A stretch of DNA of 64,000 nt, taken from the NCBI GenBank assembly GCA_951406725.2, contig OX597828.1, forward strand, positions 13,950,001 through 14,014,000. The letters are read 5' to 3'. Origin of the DNA: Octopus vulgaris (Eukaryota). A model generated the notes under the pieces. That model was not told the DNA's origin. It searched no databases and worked only from the letters and a program-made list of their open reading frames with translations. Of this stretch, positions 1 through 13,172 are shown in pieces. A program made the translations under genes and the position numbers. Each line of letters opens with the position of its first letter. Position 1 is the stretch's first letter.

Positions 1-188
1 CATACACGATAAAAGGCGTTCCAGCAGTGGCTATTTCATATTTTCTTTACTTATTTTTCTTTTAAGTATTTCTATGTTAGATTATCCACTATAACAATGT
101 GCTGTCGAGGAAGATTTGGTTGTTGTTTCTAGTAAATGTAGCGACTACGTAGAGGTTTCCTTGTTGGCACATTGTTGCTGTTATTGTT

Positions 189-227
<39 letters not shown>

Positions 228-708
228 ATTGTCGCTATCGTCGTGATTACCCTTGTTCTTAATATTGTTGTCGTGATCACTCTTTACACTGTTTAAATGT
301 TGTTATCGTTATTTTCAGGATCACTGATGCTGTTGTTGTTGTTGTTGTTGATGTTATTGTTATTGTCGTTGTTGTTGTCATGTTGCTGCTGCTGTTGCTG
401 CTGCTGATGCCACTGTTGTTTCCGCTGCTGTTGCTCCTACTACGGAGCTCAACGCCATCACTCTTTATTGATATTATTTGTTTACCAACCTTGAATAAAC
501 CTATAATCAAAGCATCCTAACCGTGACCACCCCGTCTTTTTAAGTTTCCATCTAAGACTAAATTATCGAAATATGTCCTTCCTTTCTGTAAAACGACAGT
601 GGTTTTGACTGAAGCGAGAGATTTTGCAGCTATTTCTAGCAAATCTAGAAACCACATAGCTGCTAAATCTCTCTTTGAATGTTCTTTTCATTGATGTTGA
701 TTTTTGCG

Positions 709-795
<87 letters not shown>

Positions 796-1420
796 TTCGT
801 AGTACTTGTAGTACAGTCTCGAGTGTGACTGACAATATCCGCCATAATCATTTGACACATTATTTACACAGCGTTCATGCTGTCGTCTGCTTTTAGTGAA
901 AAAAAAAAAAAAAAAGAAATGCCTGTTGATACCTAATAAGAGTAGCTATAACAAACAGCTCCACAAGTGAACCGCGATAGCAGCGTATGATGTTGGTTCA
1001 TATATCGTATGGCATTGGCTGAAATATCGTATCAGTTGTGGTTGTATTTTGATTTCGTTCTTGTACGACGTGGGATATAATTATTTGGATGAGGGTACGT
1101 CGTAAAGTGTTGTACGACGTACCCTCTATAACGAAAGGTGTGGTGCTATGTCGTATGGGTCGTGGTATATACTTATGTGCATGATATACTGTATATACCG
1201 TATCATGATGTAGGTGGATATCGTATAGCACCGTGGTATATTGGGATGTGCGATATGCATAATATAGTGAGGGTGTGTATGTAGTGTGTTGTGTGATATC
1301 AATGAAAAGCAAACGAGAATAATATCTCTATGGATCCTGGTATGTTATATGTGCGTGTGTTATTGTGACTAGCGAGATAACATGAGGGGTAATATGTCTA
1401 TGAGTTGAGGTGTATTGTGG

Positions 1421-1451
<31 letters not shown>

Positions 1452-1997
1452 TGTATGTATGTATGTATGTATGTATGTATGTATGTATGTATGTATGTAT
1501 GCATGTGCGATAGAGTGGCGTGGGCTGTGGTACTGCGGTAACGAAAACAAGGATTGTTGATTTATCATATAAACCATGATGTATTATCGCATACGTGTAA
1601 TATAACGATGTGTAGTAAGGCGTTGTTGTGTATCGTAAGGTAATAACATGCAGTGTTGTGTTGCTATGGCCCGGTTCAGTCCTGACCCTGATTACATAGG
1701 CTTATAGATCAGACGACATTCTAAAATGTGTATTTCCATCCTTTAAGACAGTGCGGTGTGGTTTCAATGAATTTAGCTACAATTTTCATCTAATTAAAAA
1801 AAAATTTTATTATGATTTGTTAGGTCCAAGCGATTACATAGAGACACCCACGTCGAGTCGTATCTGTGGGTGGCTATTGCGTTGGAGTGTTTATATTGAT
1901 GGTCGAAAACGGCAGAAGTTTGTGGTATAAGGTGAAATTTGGTGATATAGTGGCTGATAGCTTTAATTTTATTGCCATTTAATCTCATCAGATAGAC

Positions 1998-2356
1998 CAG
2001 TAGTTCTCAACCGGTGTCTGTATGACTCTTAGGGGTCCATTTAAGATTTTGTTGTTAAAATTTAAGGGCAATAAATTTGTTATACTTCCACAATACGCAA
2101 AATACTTTTACAATTCCTAGCCTTTTTTTTCTATTATTCTTTTATTCTTTTTCTTGTTTCAGTCATTTGACTGTGGCCATTCTGGAGCACCGCCTTTAGT
2201 CGAAGAAATCGACCCCAGGACTTATTTTTTGTAAGCCTAGTACTTATTCTATCGGTCTCTTTTGCCGAACCGCTAATTTACAGGGACGTACACACACCAA
2301 CATCGGTTGTCAAGCGATGGTGGGAAGACAAAACACAGACACAATGACACACATAA

Positions 2357-2421
<65 letters not shown>

Positions 2422-2690
2422 CACGACGGGCTTCTTTTCAGTTTCCGTTTACCAAATCCACTCGCAGCGCTTTGTTCGGCCTGAGGCAATAGTAAAAGAC
2501 ACTTGCCCAAGATGCAACGCAGTGGGACTGAACCCGGAACTATGTGGTTGGGAAGCAAGCTTCTTACCACACAGCCACGCCTTAAAATGCAGTAAGATTT
2601 TTTTAATATACATCGAATGGCTACGGAGGTGCGTAGAGTAAAATAGGAATGAAAAGGGTCCATGGGCAAAAAAATGGTTGAGAAACACTG
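1998..2690 (+). mobile_element. hAT (Charlie-like) MITE, interrupted by a SINE
   Basis: TIRs CAGTAGTTCTCAACC / GGTTGAGAAACACTG; imperfect 8-bp TSD agatagac/aggtagaa; related copy at 61908-62214. Confidence 0.8.
2137..2582 (-). mobile_element. tRNA-derived SINE, family A
   Basis: Head GGCTGTGTGGTAAGAAG...GGGTTCAGTCCC, internal (CA)/(TA) tract, tail CAGTCAAATGACTGAAAC; more than 12 copies in window. Confidence 0.85.
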
Positions 2691-3057
2691 AGGTAGAACT
2701 TTAACCAAGAGACATTCCAACTGTGACTATCCCGTTCCATTTTTTTCTTTCTTTTTCGGACTCAGTGTATCTTGGACTACATTAATGTAACGCGTCCTTC
2801 AAGGACTACATTGCTCATGTCTTTCCTTTCCGGAAACAGTTGTAGTGTAATATAAGAGAGATTTGGCTGTTATTTCTAGCAAATCGAAAGACTACGTGGA
2901 GGTAGGTTGCCTATCTCGTTAGTCTGAAGTTTGTAATGCAATGTTATGTGATGTGATATGGCGATGCACGGGCGTATTAATAAGGACGGGGTGGATTGCA
3001 TGACAATGATATGGATAAAGTTACTGGTTGACAAATTAATGATGATGGTTGATACAC

Positions 3058-4014
<957 letters not shown>

Positions 4015-4228
4015 GTGAAAGATAGAGATCTAATACAGCTACGCATCCCATGAAACTACTACAACTGCTCATTATACAACAACTACTACTACCACCATTA
4101 CAGCATCTGTCGTTATATTACACCTGCTGCTACAGTTGCTGGTGGTGTTACTACTTAACTGCTTTTGCTGCAGCTACTGCTGCTGCTGATGCTGGCGATG
4201 ATGATGCCCTACTGTTGTTGTAGTTCGA

Positions 4229-4430
4229 CAGCCTGGATCCAGACGGTCGATAACCATAGGTATGCCACCCCACGACCATTCCATCTTTGCTCGGTCTACA
4301 GAGGAGGATCTAAGGTTCTCTGCAGGCGGGATGCGTCCTTTTGTAAGATGTGTCCTTTTTGAGCGTGATTTGAGGGAAACCTGGCAGTTATTTCTAGCAG
4401 GCCGTGCGACCACTTAGATGATTTCCCCTC
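4229..4430 (+). mobile_element. Old dispersed repeat (SINE-like family E)
   Basis: Motif gatttggctg(c/t)tatttctagc recurs in diverged form at about 110, 620, 2860, 4380, 51280 and 58450, and on the minus strand near 33600 and 63600. Confidence 0.5.
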
Positions 4431-4439
4431 CGCTGGCCC

Positions 4440-6122
4440 GTGGCAGCTGTTGCTTTTCCTGCCATCAGTTGCACCGCTTCTGATTCTGCTGCTGTTGCTG
4501 CAGTCGCTGCTGCTGTTGCTGCTGTTCTGCTGCTGTTGCTGCTGTTCTGCTGCTGTTGCTGCTGTTGCTGCTGTTCTGCTGCTGTTGCTGCTGTTGCTGC
4601 TGTTCTGCTGCGGTTGCTGCTGTTCTGCTGCTGTTGCTGCTGTTCTGCTGCTGTTGCTGCTGTTCTGCTGCTGTTGTTGCTGTTGCTGCTGTTCTGCTGC
4701 TGTTCTGCTGCTGTTGCTGCTGTTGCTGCTGTTCTGCTGCTGTTGTTGCTGTTGCTGCTGTTCTGCTGCTGTTCTGCTGCTGTTGCTGCTGTTCTTCTGC
4801 TGTTGCTGCTGTTCTGCTGCTGTTGCTGCTGTTCTGCTGCTGTTCTGCTGCTGTTGCTGCTGTTCTACTGCTGTTCTACTGCTGTTCTGCTGCTGTTGCT
4901 GCTGTTATGTTGCTGTTCTGCTGCTGTTGCTGCTGTTCAGATTTCGCCAACTGTTGTTGCTGCTGCTGTTCCTATTTGTTATTGTTGCTGCTGTTGAGTG
5001 TAGCTTGCTGGCGGTGCTGCCGTTGAGGTGGTGATTGCTGTTGCTGCTGTTTTTTGTTGCTGCTGCTGCCCCCCTTGCATTACTGCTACTGATGTTGCAT
5101 TGCAGCTGGTGGTGGTTTTTGTTGCTGCTGCTGTTGTTGCATTGCTGCTGCAATTGTTTTGTTGCTGCTATTGGGTCTGCTGTTGCATTGCTGCTGGGTT
5201 CTTTTGCTGCTGCTGCTGTTGTTGTTTCTGTTGCTGCTGTTGCTGCATTGCTGCTGTTACTGTCACTGCTGCTTCTGCTGTTGCTGCTTTTATGGTTGTT
5301 GCTGCTGCTGTTATTGCTGCAGCTGCTGCTACTGTTGATGCGACAACTTTTGCTGCTGCTGCTGCTGTTGTGATGCTGCTGCTTTTGTTACTACTGATGC
5401 TTCTGCTTCTGCTGCTGCTGGTGCTGGTGCTACTTCTGCAACTGTTGTTGCTGCTATTACTACTGCTGCTATTACTACTGCTGCTATTACTACTGCTGCT
5501 ACTGCTGCTGCTGTTACTGCTACCGCTGCCGGTGATATTTCTTTTGGCACCGTTGTCGTTTGTTACTATATGTGTTGTTGCTATTGTTGATTGTATTGTG
5601 GTTATTGTTGTTGTTGTTATGGCTATTGTTATTGTTGTGGTGATGGTAGTGATCATTGTTGTTGCTATTGTTTTTGCTGCTGTTTTCATTTCTGTTGCTA
5701 ATTGTTGTTACTACTGCTATTGTTGCTCCCATTATTCTGGCTGATATTGCAGTCGCAATCGTTGTTGCTGCTGGAGTTATTGCTGTTGTTGCTATTGTAG
5801 TTATTATTATTTCTATTGTTGCTATTCTAGCTATTGTTATTGCTATTATTCTTGTTCTTTCTATTGTTGACGTTGCTATCGCCGTTATTGCTGGAGTTGT
5901 TGCTATTGTTATTGCTATTATTCGTGTTCTTTCCATTGTTGCTGTTGCTATCGCCGTTATGGCTCCAGTTATTGCGGTTGCTATCGCTGTTTTAGTTGGA
6001 GTTGTTGCTATTGTTATTGCTATTATTCGTGTTCTTCCTATTGTTGTTGCTGTTACTATCGCCGTTGTTGCTGAAGTTGTTGCTATTGTTGCTATTGTTA
6101 TTGCTATTATTCATGTTCTTTC

Positions 6123-6186
<64 letters not shown>

Positions 6187-6585
6187 ATCGCCGTTGTTGC
6201 TCCAGTTATTGTGACTGATATTGCTGTTGCTATCGCTGTGGTAGCTGGAGTTGTTGCTAGTGATGCTATTGTAGTTTCTGTTATAGCTATTATTGTTGTT
6301 CTTGTTGCTATCGTTGTTGTTGCTCCCGTTAGTGCTGTTGTTATTGCTGCCATAACTGTTGCTATTGTTATTGCAGTAATTTTTGTAATGGCTATTGTTG
6401 CTATTGTTGTCGTTGTTGGCGTTGTTACTGCTTTTGCTCTTCTTATTGTTGCTGCAGATGTTGCTGTTGATATTGTTGTTGTTATCGTTGTTGCTGTCAC
6501 TGTTATTGCTACTGTTGCTTCTGTTGTTGCCATAGCAATGGTAGATGTTGCTGTTATTGTTATAGATAATGATGATGATGATCAC

Positions 6586-6616
<31 letters not shown>

Positions 6617-6625
6617 TTGATGATC

Positions 6626-6668
<43 letters not shown>

Positions 6669-7030
6669 GGATGAATGATGATGATGGTGAAGATGATGAA
6701 TGATGAATGATGATGGCGATGATGATGAGGATGAGGAGGATGAGGAGGAGGATAACGACGATGATGATGATCGAAATGATGATGGTGGGGATGATGATGA
6801 TGACGATGATAATGAAGACGATGATGATGATGATGATGACGACGATGACGACGACGACGACGATGACGACGATGATGGTGGTGATGATGATGATGATAAT
6901 ATCTGTAATTTATCAACGCCGTCGCTGCCGCCACACACCCTTTCTACGGCCGCTGTTGCTTCTGTTGCTGCTGCTGTTGCTGGTGCTGCTGCTGTTGACA
7001 TTACTGCTATGCCTGTTGTTTACCTATCGG
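4440..7030. repeat. Compound trinucleotide low-complexity tract (CTG/TTG, then GTT/GCT/ATT, then GAT/GAC)
   Basis: Direct reading; source of the poly-A/L/C, poly-V/I and poly-D/H ORFs. Confidence 0.95.
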
Positions 7031-7917
7031 TGACAGTTTCACAACAATCGTAATAGTATCTTCCATAGATTTATATTTTTTATTTTTGCTACGTTTTTTT
7101 ACTATTTTCTTTTTTCTGTTGTTTATCATGCTCATGCTTGTGTGTGTGTGAGTGTGTGTCTGTGTGTGTGTGTGTGTCTGTGTCTGTCTGTCTGTCTGTC
7201 TGTGTGACAAAGAGACGTTCCGTTGTCGTTGTCATTGGTAACAATTCTGAGATTGTCATCCTCTTCGTCCACTCCACGCTTCCCAATACACACACACACA
7301 CACATACACGCGCACGCACGCATACAAATAGACGCGCCTGCGCGCACACCCACACCCACATACACCCACACCCACACCCACACACACACGTGCACACACA
7401 CACACGTGAACATATATACACATGATACTCACGCATTTTCCGTACTCACTCCAGTGTAAGTCGCTGCCCAGCAACGGTTTGATATTTACTCGTACTCTCT
7501 CTGTCCTTCTGTCTCTCTGCCTCAGTGTCGCTCTCTCCCTTTTTTCTTTCTCTCTTTCTTTCTTTCTTTCTCTTTTTCTCTCTTTCTCTCTCACTCTTTC
7601 CTCTTTCTCTTTTTCTCTTGACTATGTATACAAACACACACACACACACACATACACACACACACGCACATAGATGCACGCACGCATGCAGCACTTTCTC
7701 TCATATATGTATACACACAGACACACGTACACATGCATTATGTATATATATGTGTGTATGTATGTACGTATGTATGCATGTATGTATGTATGTATGTATG
7801 TATGTATGTATGTATGTATGTATGTATGTATGTATGTATGTATGTATGTATGCATGTATGTATGTATGAATGTATGTATACATGTTTGTGTGCGCGTATG
7901 TACATACATACGTACGC

Positions 7918-7948
<31 letters not shown>

Positions 7949-7958
7949 TACATACATA

Positions 7959-7989
<31 letters not shown>

Positions 7990-8590
7990 AATATATATGT
8001 ATATGTATGTATGCATACATGTATTATATGGTTGTGTATGTATGTATATGAATGTATGTATATATTTCTTTATTTGAATGTATGTATGTATGTATGTATG
8101 TATGTATGCATGTATGTATATATGTATGTGAAGCTGGGGGATGCTTTATCACGCCGAACCTTTCATTGTTTACAACTAAGTACGCCATGATAGCAATGAC
8201 GACCGTATATTTCAAAATACCAGAAATTCACGTCTGTACTTGTGGTCATGTCATGTCACGTAAGGTTATTTTACTGCAGGCACGCGCGCTCGCGTATGTG
8301 CGTGCGTGTGTGAAACCTTCTCGCGTTGTTAGGTACAGAAAGCAGCGAACTTTCGTTATCGTTGTGGTTCTACCGCAGTTCTCTCTTCTTCTGTCCAAGT
8401 GCTCTTCGTGTGTTTGAGTTCTTCCTGGAATGTCCGACGTCAGATATGCCTTGGACAGTCCTTTTTTCCCCATTGACACTTATAAATTTCCTTGTGCAAA
8501 AGTCGAGAACAATAGGAAAGGCACTTATAGCAAAAATTCGCATTAGGTTTTGAATAGTACCTTAGAATCTAGGAAGTTATTCGTTACATA

Positions 8591-8767
8591 CGAGGAAGTG
8601 CTGAAAACCTCCTGACTTTAAGCACATCGCGAAAGGCTTGAATCTTCCGAGTTCTTTTACAGGGCTTAGAAAAGCTGTATAAGACCACTGCAATAACTGT
8701 GTTATTCTGAGATGGGAATATGTGGAATAACACCCATAATAAACTGATCCTCCAGTATTTTCTTACA
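8591..8767 (+). mobile_element. Mariner-derived MITE (truncated)
   Basis: TA + CGAGGAAGTGCTGAAAA TIR; remnant of transposase C-terminus (GLEKLY...EYVE*); reverse complement matches 15734-15930. Confidence 0.65.
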
Positions 8768-8882
8768 TGTGTTGCAAAATTGGAGAGACGGTCAGCACTC
8801 CCCTTGACCAGGACGGAAGAGCTCAATCAATCTTTTTAACACATATGGGCATTGCTCTCTACTTTAGAGCAACCTATTTTTA

Positions 8883-9130
8883 AGGCGGCGAGCTGGTAGA
8901 AACGTTAGCACGCCGGGCGAGATGTATAGCCGTATTTCGTCTGCCGTTACGTTCTGAGTTCAAATTCCGCCGAGGTCGACTTTGCCTTTCATCCTTTCGG
9001 GGTCGATAAATTAAGTACCAGTTACGCACTGGGTTGATGTAATCGACTTAATCCGTTTGTCTGTCCTTGTTTGTCCCCTCTATGTATAGCCCCTTGTGGG
9101 CAGTAAAGAAATAGGTATTTCGTCTGTCTT
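8883..9130 (+). mobile_element. tRNA-derived SINE, family B
   Basis: AGGCGGCGAGCTGG head, GAGTTCAAATTCC B box, central GCCTTTCATCCTTTCGGGGTCGATAAA..AGTACCAG domain resembling the Sauria-SINE/Meta core. Confidence 0.85.
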
Positions 9131-9290
9131 TATATTTAAAGGCGGTGCTCCAGCATGGCCACAGTCAAATGACTGAAAGAAGTAAAAGAGTATACATATA
9201 TACATACATACATGCATACATACACACACACACATATATATATGTGTGTGTGTGTGTTTTGTGTGAGTAGATATATATATATATATATGT

Positions 9291-9678
9291 GCACGAGTGG
9301 CTATGTCGTAAGTAGCTTGCTTTCAAACCACAAGGTTCTAGGTTCAGTCCCACTGCGTGGCACCTTGAGCAAGTGCCTTCTACTATAGTCTCGGGCCAAC
9401 CAAAGCCTTGTGAGTGGATTTGGTAGACGGAAACTGAAAGAAACGCGACGTATATATGCATATGTTTGTGTATGTGTGTGTGTGTATGTCCCCCTACCAT
9501 CGCTTGACAGCCGATGTTAGTGTGTTTACGTTCCCGTAACTTAGCGGTTTGGCAAAAGAGACGAATAGAATAAATACTAGGCTTACAAGGAATAAGTCCT
9601 AGGGTCGATTTGTTTGACCTTAAGGTGGTGCTCCAGCATGACTGCAGTAAAATGACTGAAACAAATAAAAGAATAAAA

Positions 9679-9679
<1 letters not shown>
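9291..9679 (+). mobile_element. SINE family A
   Basis: Full-length match to other family A copies. Confidence 0.85.
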
Positions 9680-9735
<56 letters not shown>

Positions 9736-9815
9736 CACACATGTATATTATGCATGCATGCTTATATAAAGTATATAACACATATACATACACATACATA
9801 TGTATACAAACATTA

Positions 9816-9848
<33 letters not shown>

Positions 9849-9855
9849 CACCACC

Positions 9856-9923
<68 letters not shown>

Positions 9924-10582
9924 CACTACTAACACCACCACTCTAACACCACTACTACTATACGTGTTGCTTTTTCTGCTGTACTCTTATAGTTTCCCGC
10001 CATAATACAACGCCATAGATTAACCTCTTTTTTTATTTGGCACGTGGCCAACATTGCGTGTCTGCTATCTTTTATCTTTTATGTTTTGCTTGTTTCAGTC
10101 ATTAGACTGCAGCCATGCTGGGGCAAATCGACCCAAGTTTTCAGTGTAAGTGGGGCACAAACACACACATACGTACATGCATGCATACATACATACATAC
10201 ATACATACATACATACATACAAATACACATGCATTCATACATGCATACATACATACAAATATACATGCATACATACATGCATACATACATGCATACATAC
10301 ATGCATACATTCACACAGAGATACATACATACATACATACATTCATACATACATATATATACATGCATACATACATACATACATACATACATACATGCAT
10401 ACATACATACATACATACATACATGCATGCATACATACATACATACATACATACATACATACATACATACATACATGCATACATACATGCATACATACAT
10501 GTATACATATATGCGTACATACATACATAAATGCATACATACATGCATACATACATGCATACATACATGCATGCGTACATAC

Positions 10583-10687
10583 AAAAATACCCTGTTGTTG
10601 ATATTGAAATTCCAGTGAAGGTGCCTTGGATCAAGGTTAGAAACCGAATCTTTCTCAATTGGCAAGAAACCTTGAAATAAAACTGAA
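10583..10687 (+). mobile_element. 3' UTR stub of the (CATA)n-associated RLE LINE family
   Basis: ttccagtgaaggtgccttggatcaaggttagaaacc...aaaactga aligns with 19231-19310 and with the minus strand at 52860-52940; embedded in (CATA)n. Confidence 0.55.
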
Positions 10688-10915
10688 CATACATATGTAT
10701 ATATATGTGTGTGCATGTGTGTGTGTGTATTATAAATCTACACAGACATAATATAATATAACTCACACACACACACACATATGGTAAAATGCAATTTCGT
10801 TGAGGATTATTTTCCCAACGTGCTGAGTTGTGGTGACAAGATATATAATAGAAGAAGGAAAATGCACACAATTTATATATTTTTAATATATTTTAAAGGA
10901 TAGAATATAATGATA

Positions 10916-10947
10916 GTCGACCGGTTTCACGTTTTGCTAATCATGAC
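10916..10947 (-). ncRNA. Degenerate minimal hammerhead ribozyme
   Basis: GUC AUGAUUA GC-aaaac-GU GAAAC CG GUC^GAC; stem I GUC/GAC; two core mismatches. Confidence 0.5.
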
Positions 10948-11312
10948 ATCGAAATTGATGAAAATATTGCAATTTCGTATTCTCTTAAGAAACTATTAGC
11001 CCATGTTGCTTGTATTCAATATATGATGTGTGTGTGTGTGTGTATTTGTATGTTTGTGTGTGCACATGCACGTGTGTAATTGTAAGATCATAGTGTAGGA
11101 AGTTAATAAGCTTCATGCAGTCCGTAGTAGGTATGAAAAAAAAACAACTTTCAGGAACAATAATAGTTTATTGACGTAGAAGGTTGTAGGCGTTTCCATA
11201 TCGAAGTTCAATTCGCTGAAAAGAATTTGTTTTTATTGTTCACGGTTAGCAACTAGGTTTACTATGAATAAGAACAAAATCCCAAATTGAAGGAATAAAG
11301 AAGGTAATATCC

Positions 11313-11399
11313 ACGCTACACATGTTTCGTAACCAGCAGACCCTCGGAAGTGATAATTACTCAACGAGGAGGACTCCGCTAGCTACTCATCAGGCCGAA
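11313..11399 (-). ncRNA. Hammerhead ribozyme (type I, long stem II)
   Basis: CUGAUGA GUAGCUAGC...GCUGGUUAC GAAAC AUGU GUA^GC; 9-bp stem II; core intact, stem I decayed. Confidence 0.75.
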
Positions 11400-11564
11400 G
11401 ATACCTTAGTTATATGAAGGCTTCATTGTTGTTAAGGAACCCCAAGTTAACTCACCGAAGATATAATTTAAAAATGAAATGAAATGAAATTTAATTGAAA
11501 ATTTTAAATTATTTCCCCGGCGATTTAAATTGAGATCCCTTAACAATAATATAACTAAAGTATC

Positions 11565-11654
11565 TTCAGTTTGATAAGTAGCTAGTGAAATCCCCTTCCT
11601 TCAGTAATTATTACTTCCGAGGATCTGCTAGTTAGGAAACATATATAGGTAGAA
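11565..11654 (+). ncRNA. Degenerate hammerhead ribozyme, inverted partner of 11313-11399
   Basis: UUGAUAA GUAGCUAGU...GCUAGUUAG GAAACAUAUAUA. Confidence 0.55.
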
Positions 11655-11891
11655 ATTGACGTTAATCAATTAAAACCAGTGGCTTAGTATATTTTAAAAA
11701 TCCGAAGATTAAAAATTGTGTTACATACAAAATTAAGAGGAATGACTACTAAAGTGGACACCTAATATGCTAAACATAGACGTCAAATCGCCATTACCAC
11801 GAAGATTGTGTTCTCAAGAAAAATCTCAGCAAAACGCCAAAATGTAAAGATGAGCAAGACAAATGAAAATATACGAAATAAAAAACGATTA

Positions 11892-12168
11892 CTTACGTAC
11901 CGATGGTTTCACTTGTTAATATTGACGTATGCAAACACGCAGATATCTCTAACCGGTAAATTGGCTGCTGAAATTTATTAACTGTAGAGTAATTTCCGGC
12001 CTCAGCGCACCAAATTGAAAGCATTTGAAAAAATACACCCAAATATGTTATGTAGAACTTTATACATACTCGATTTCGGTTGAGCGTTCTGTATCTAGTT
12101 CTGGAAATTACGTTTTGTAAACGACAGACTATGCTGATGATCTTGCAGATATCTGCGTGTTTGCATAC

Positions 12169-12170
<2 letters not shown>
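11892..12170. mobile_element. Penelope-like inversion with a split hammerhead
   Basis: 24-bp perfect inverted repeat 11925-11948/12147-12170; CUGAUGA half on + at 12134, GAAAC...GUA half on - at 11898-11910. Confidence 0.6.
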
Positions 12171-12210
<40 letters not shown>

Positions 12211-12295
12211 GTTTACTTTTCCCATTTTTAATGCTTTTCCGCATAGATAAGCATAAATGTAATTCTTTTCCCAAATAAATTGTACATCATATTTG

Positions 12296-12378
12296 TGGCT
12301 CCGATGAAGCTATAAGGTGTTACTCAGGCACTCAGCTATGAGTCTGCTGCATCTTATAGCAGAAACGGCTGTAAGCTA
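12296..12378 (+). ncRNA. Hammerhead ribozyme (type I, U4C core variant)
   Basis: UGGCU CCGAUGA A GCUAUAAGGUG...CAUCUUAUAGC A GAAAC GGCU GUA^AGCUA; 11-bp stem II, 5-bp stem I, self-complementary stem III. Confidence 0.8.
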
Positions 12379-12606
12379 ATGAAGTTCATAGGATAATTGT
12401 TTATTTCCTTGTCATCTCATTTTCTGTTACATGTATATATAAGATATGATATATAAAATTATATGTATATACGAGGTGGTACTCAAAGGAAACGGGAATT
12501 TTGCAATATTTTCCATATCCATCAATGTAAACTTTTTCACTCGTAACTCCTGTTTGTTCTGAAATAAGATATTAGATCATACATTTTTTGAAGTTAAAAA
12601 AATCTG

Positions 12607-13172
12607 TTGGGTTGTCCGGAAAGTTCGTGCCGATTTATAGTAGCTTACCTTTCGACTTATTTTACAACATGGTTGAGTCCATAAAATAGAATTTGACTAC
12701 ACCTCCATTTAGAGCACAGTTTAAGCTATCTTTTCGTGGAAGAAGGTTTATGTTCCTATAACCTGTGTTAATTTTGTAACTCTCTAAAATGGAAAATAAG
12801 AAAGTTCATTTTCGGCACTTGATGCTTTGGGAACCAGACAAAAATTGCTGCAGCTCGGCTGGGATGTGTTACTCCACCCTCTATATTCACCAGATATTGC
12901 TCCTTCTAATTTCCACTTATTCAGGTCTCTGCAGAATAGTCTTAATGGTAAAAATTTCAATTCCTTGGATGGCGTAAAAAGATACCTTGTTGAATTCTTT
13001 GTCATGAAACCACCTCAATTCTGGGAAGAGGGTATTTTCAAGTTTAAGTAAAGATGAAGGCGCATTGTGTAACAAAATGGTTCATATTTGATTGATTAAA
13101 AATGTAATGGCAAGTATTTATTGACCTTTTTCTTTGTTTTAAAAATCGGCACGAACTTTCAGGACAACCCAG
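12607..13172 (+). mobile_element. Mariner internal-deletion derivative (566 bp)
   Basis: TIR TTGGGTTGTCCGGAAAGTTCGTGCCGATTT; transposase N-terminus MENKKVHFRHLML fused out of frame to C-terminus HPLYSPDIAPSNFHLF. Confidence 0.92.

Noticed and set aside
4440-7053. Long ORFs of 150-340 aa (poly-A/V/I/D/H/N)
   Set aside because: They are translations of trinucleotide repeats, open in several frames on both strands, with no domain or splice support.
8350-8570. Possible minus-strand terminal exon (..NLMRIFAISAFPIVLDFC.. or ..CYKCLSYC..)
   Set aside because: Short open frames, no recognisable homology and an ambiguous acceptor.
11891-11896. GTAAGT donor with a 110-aa minus-strand ORF
   Set aside because: It lies within the split-hammerhead inverted element, and the ORF runs through (TA)n.
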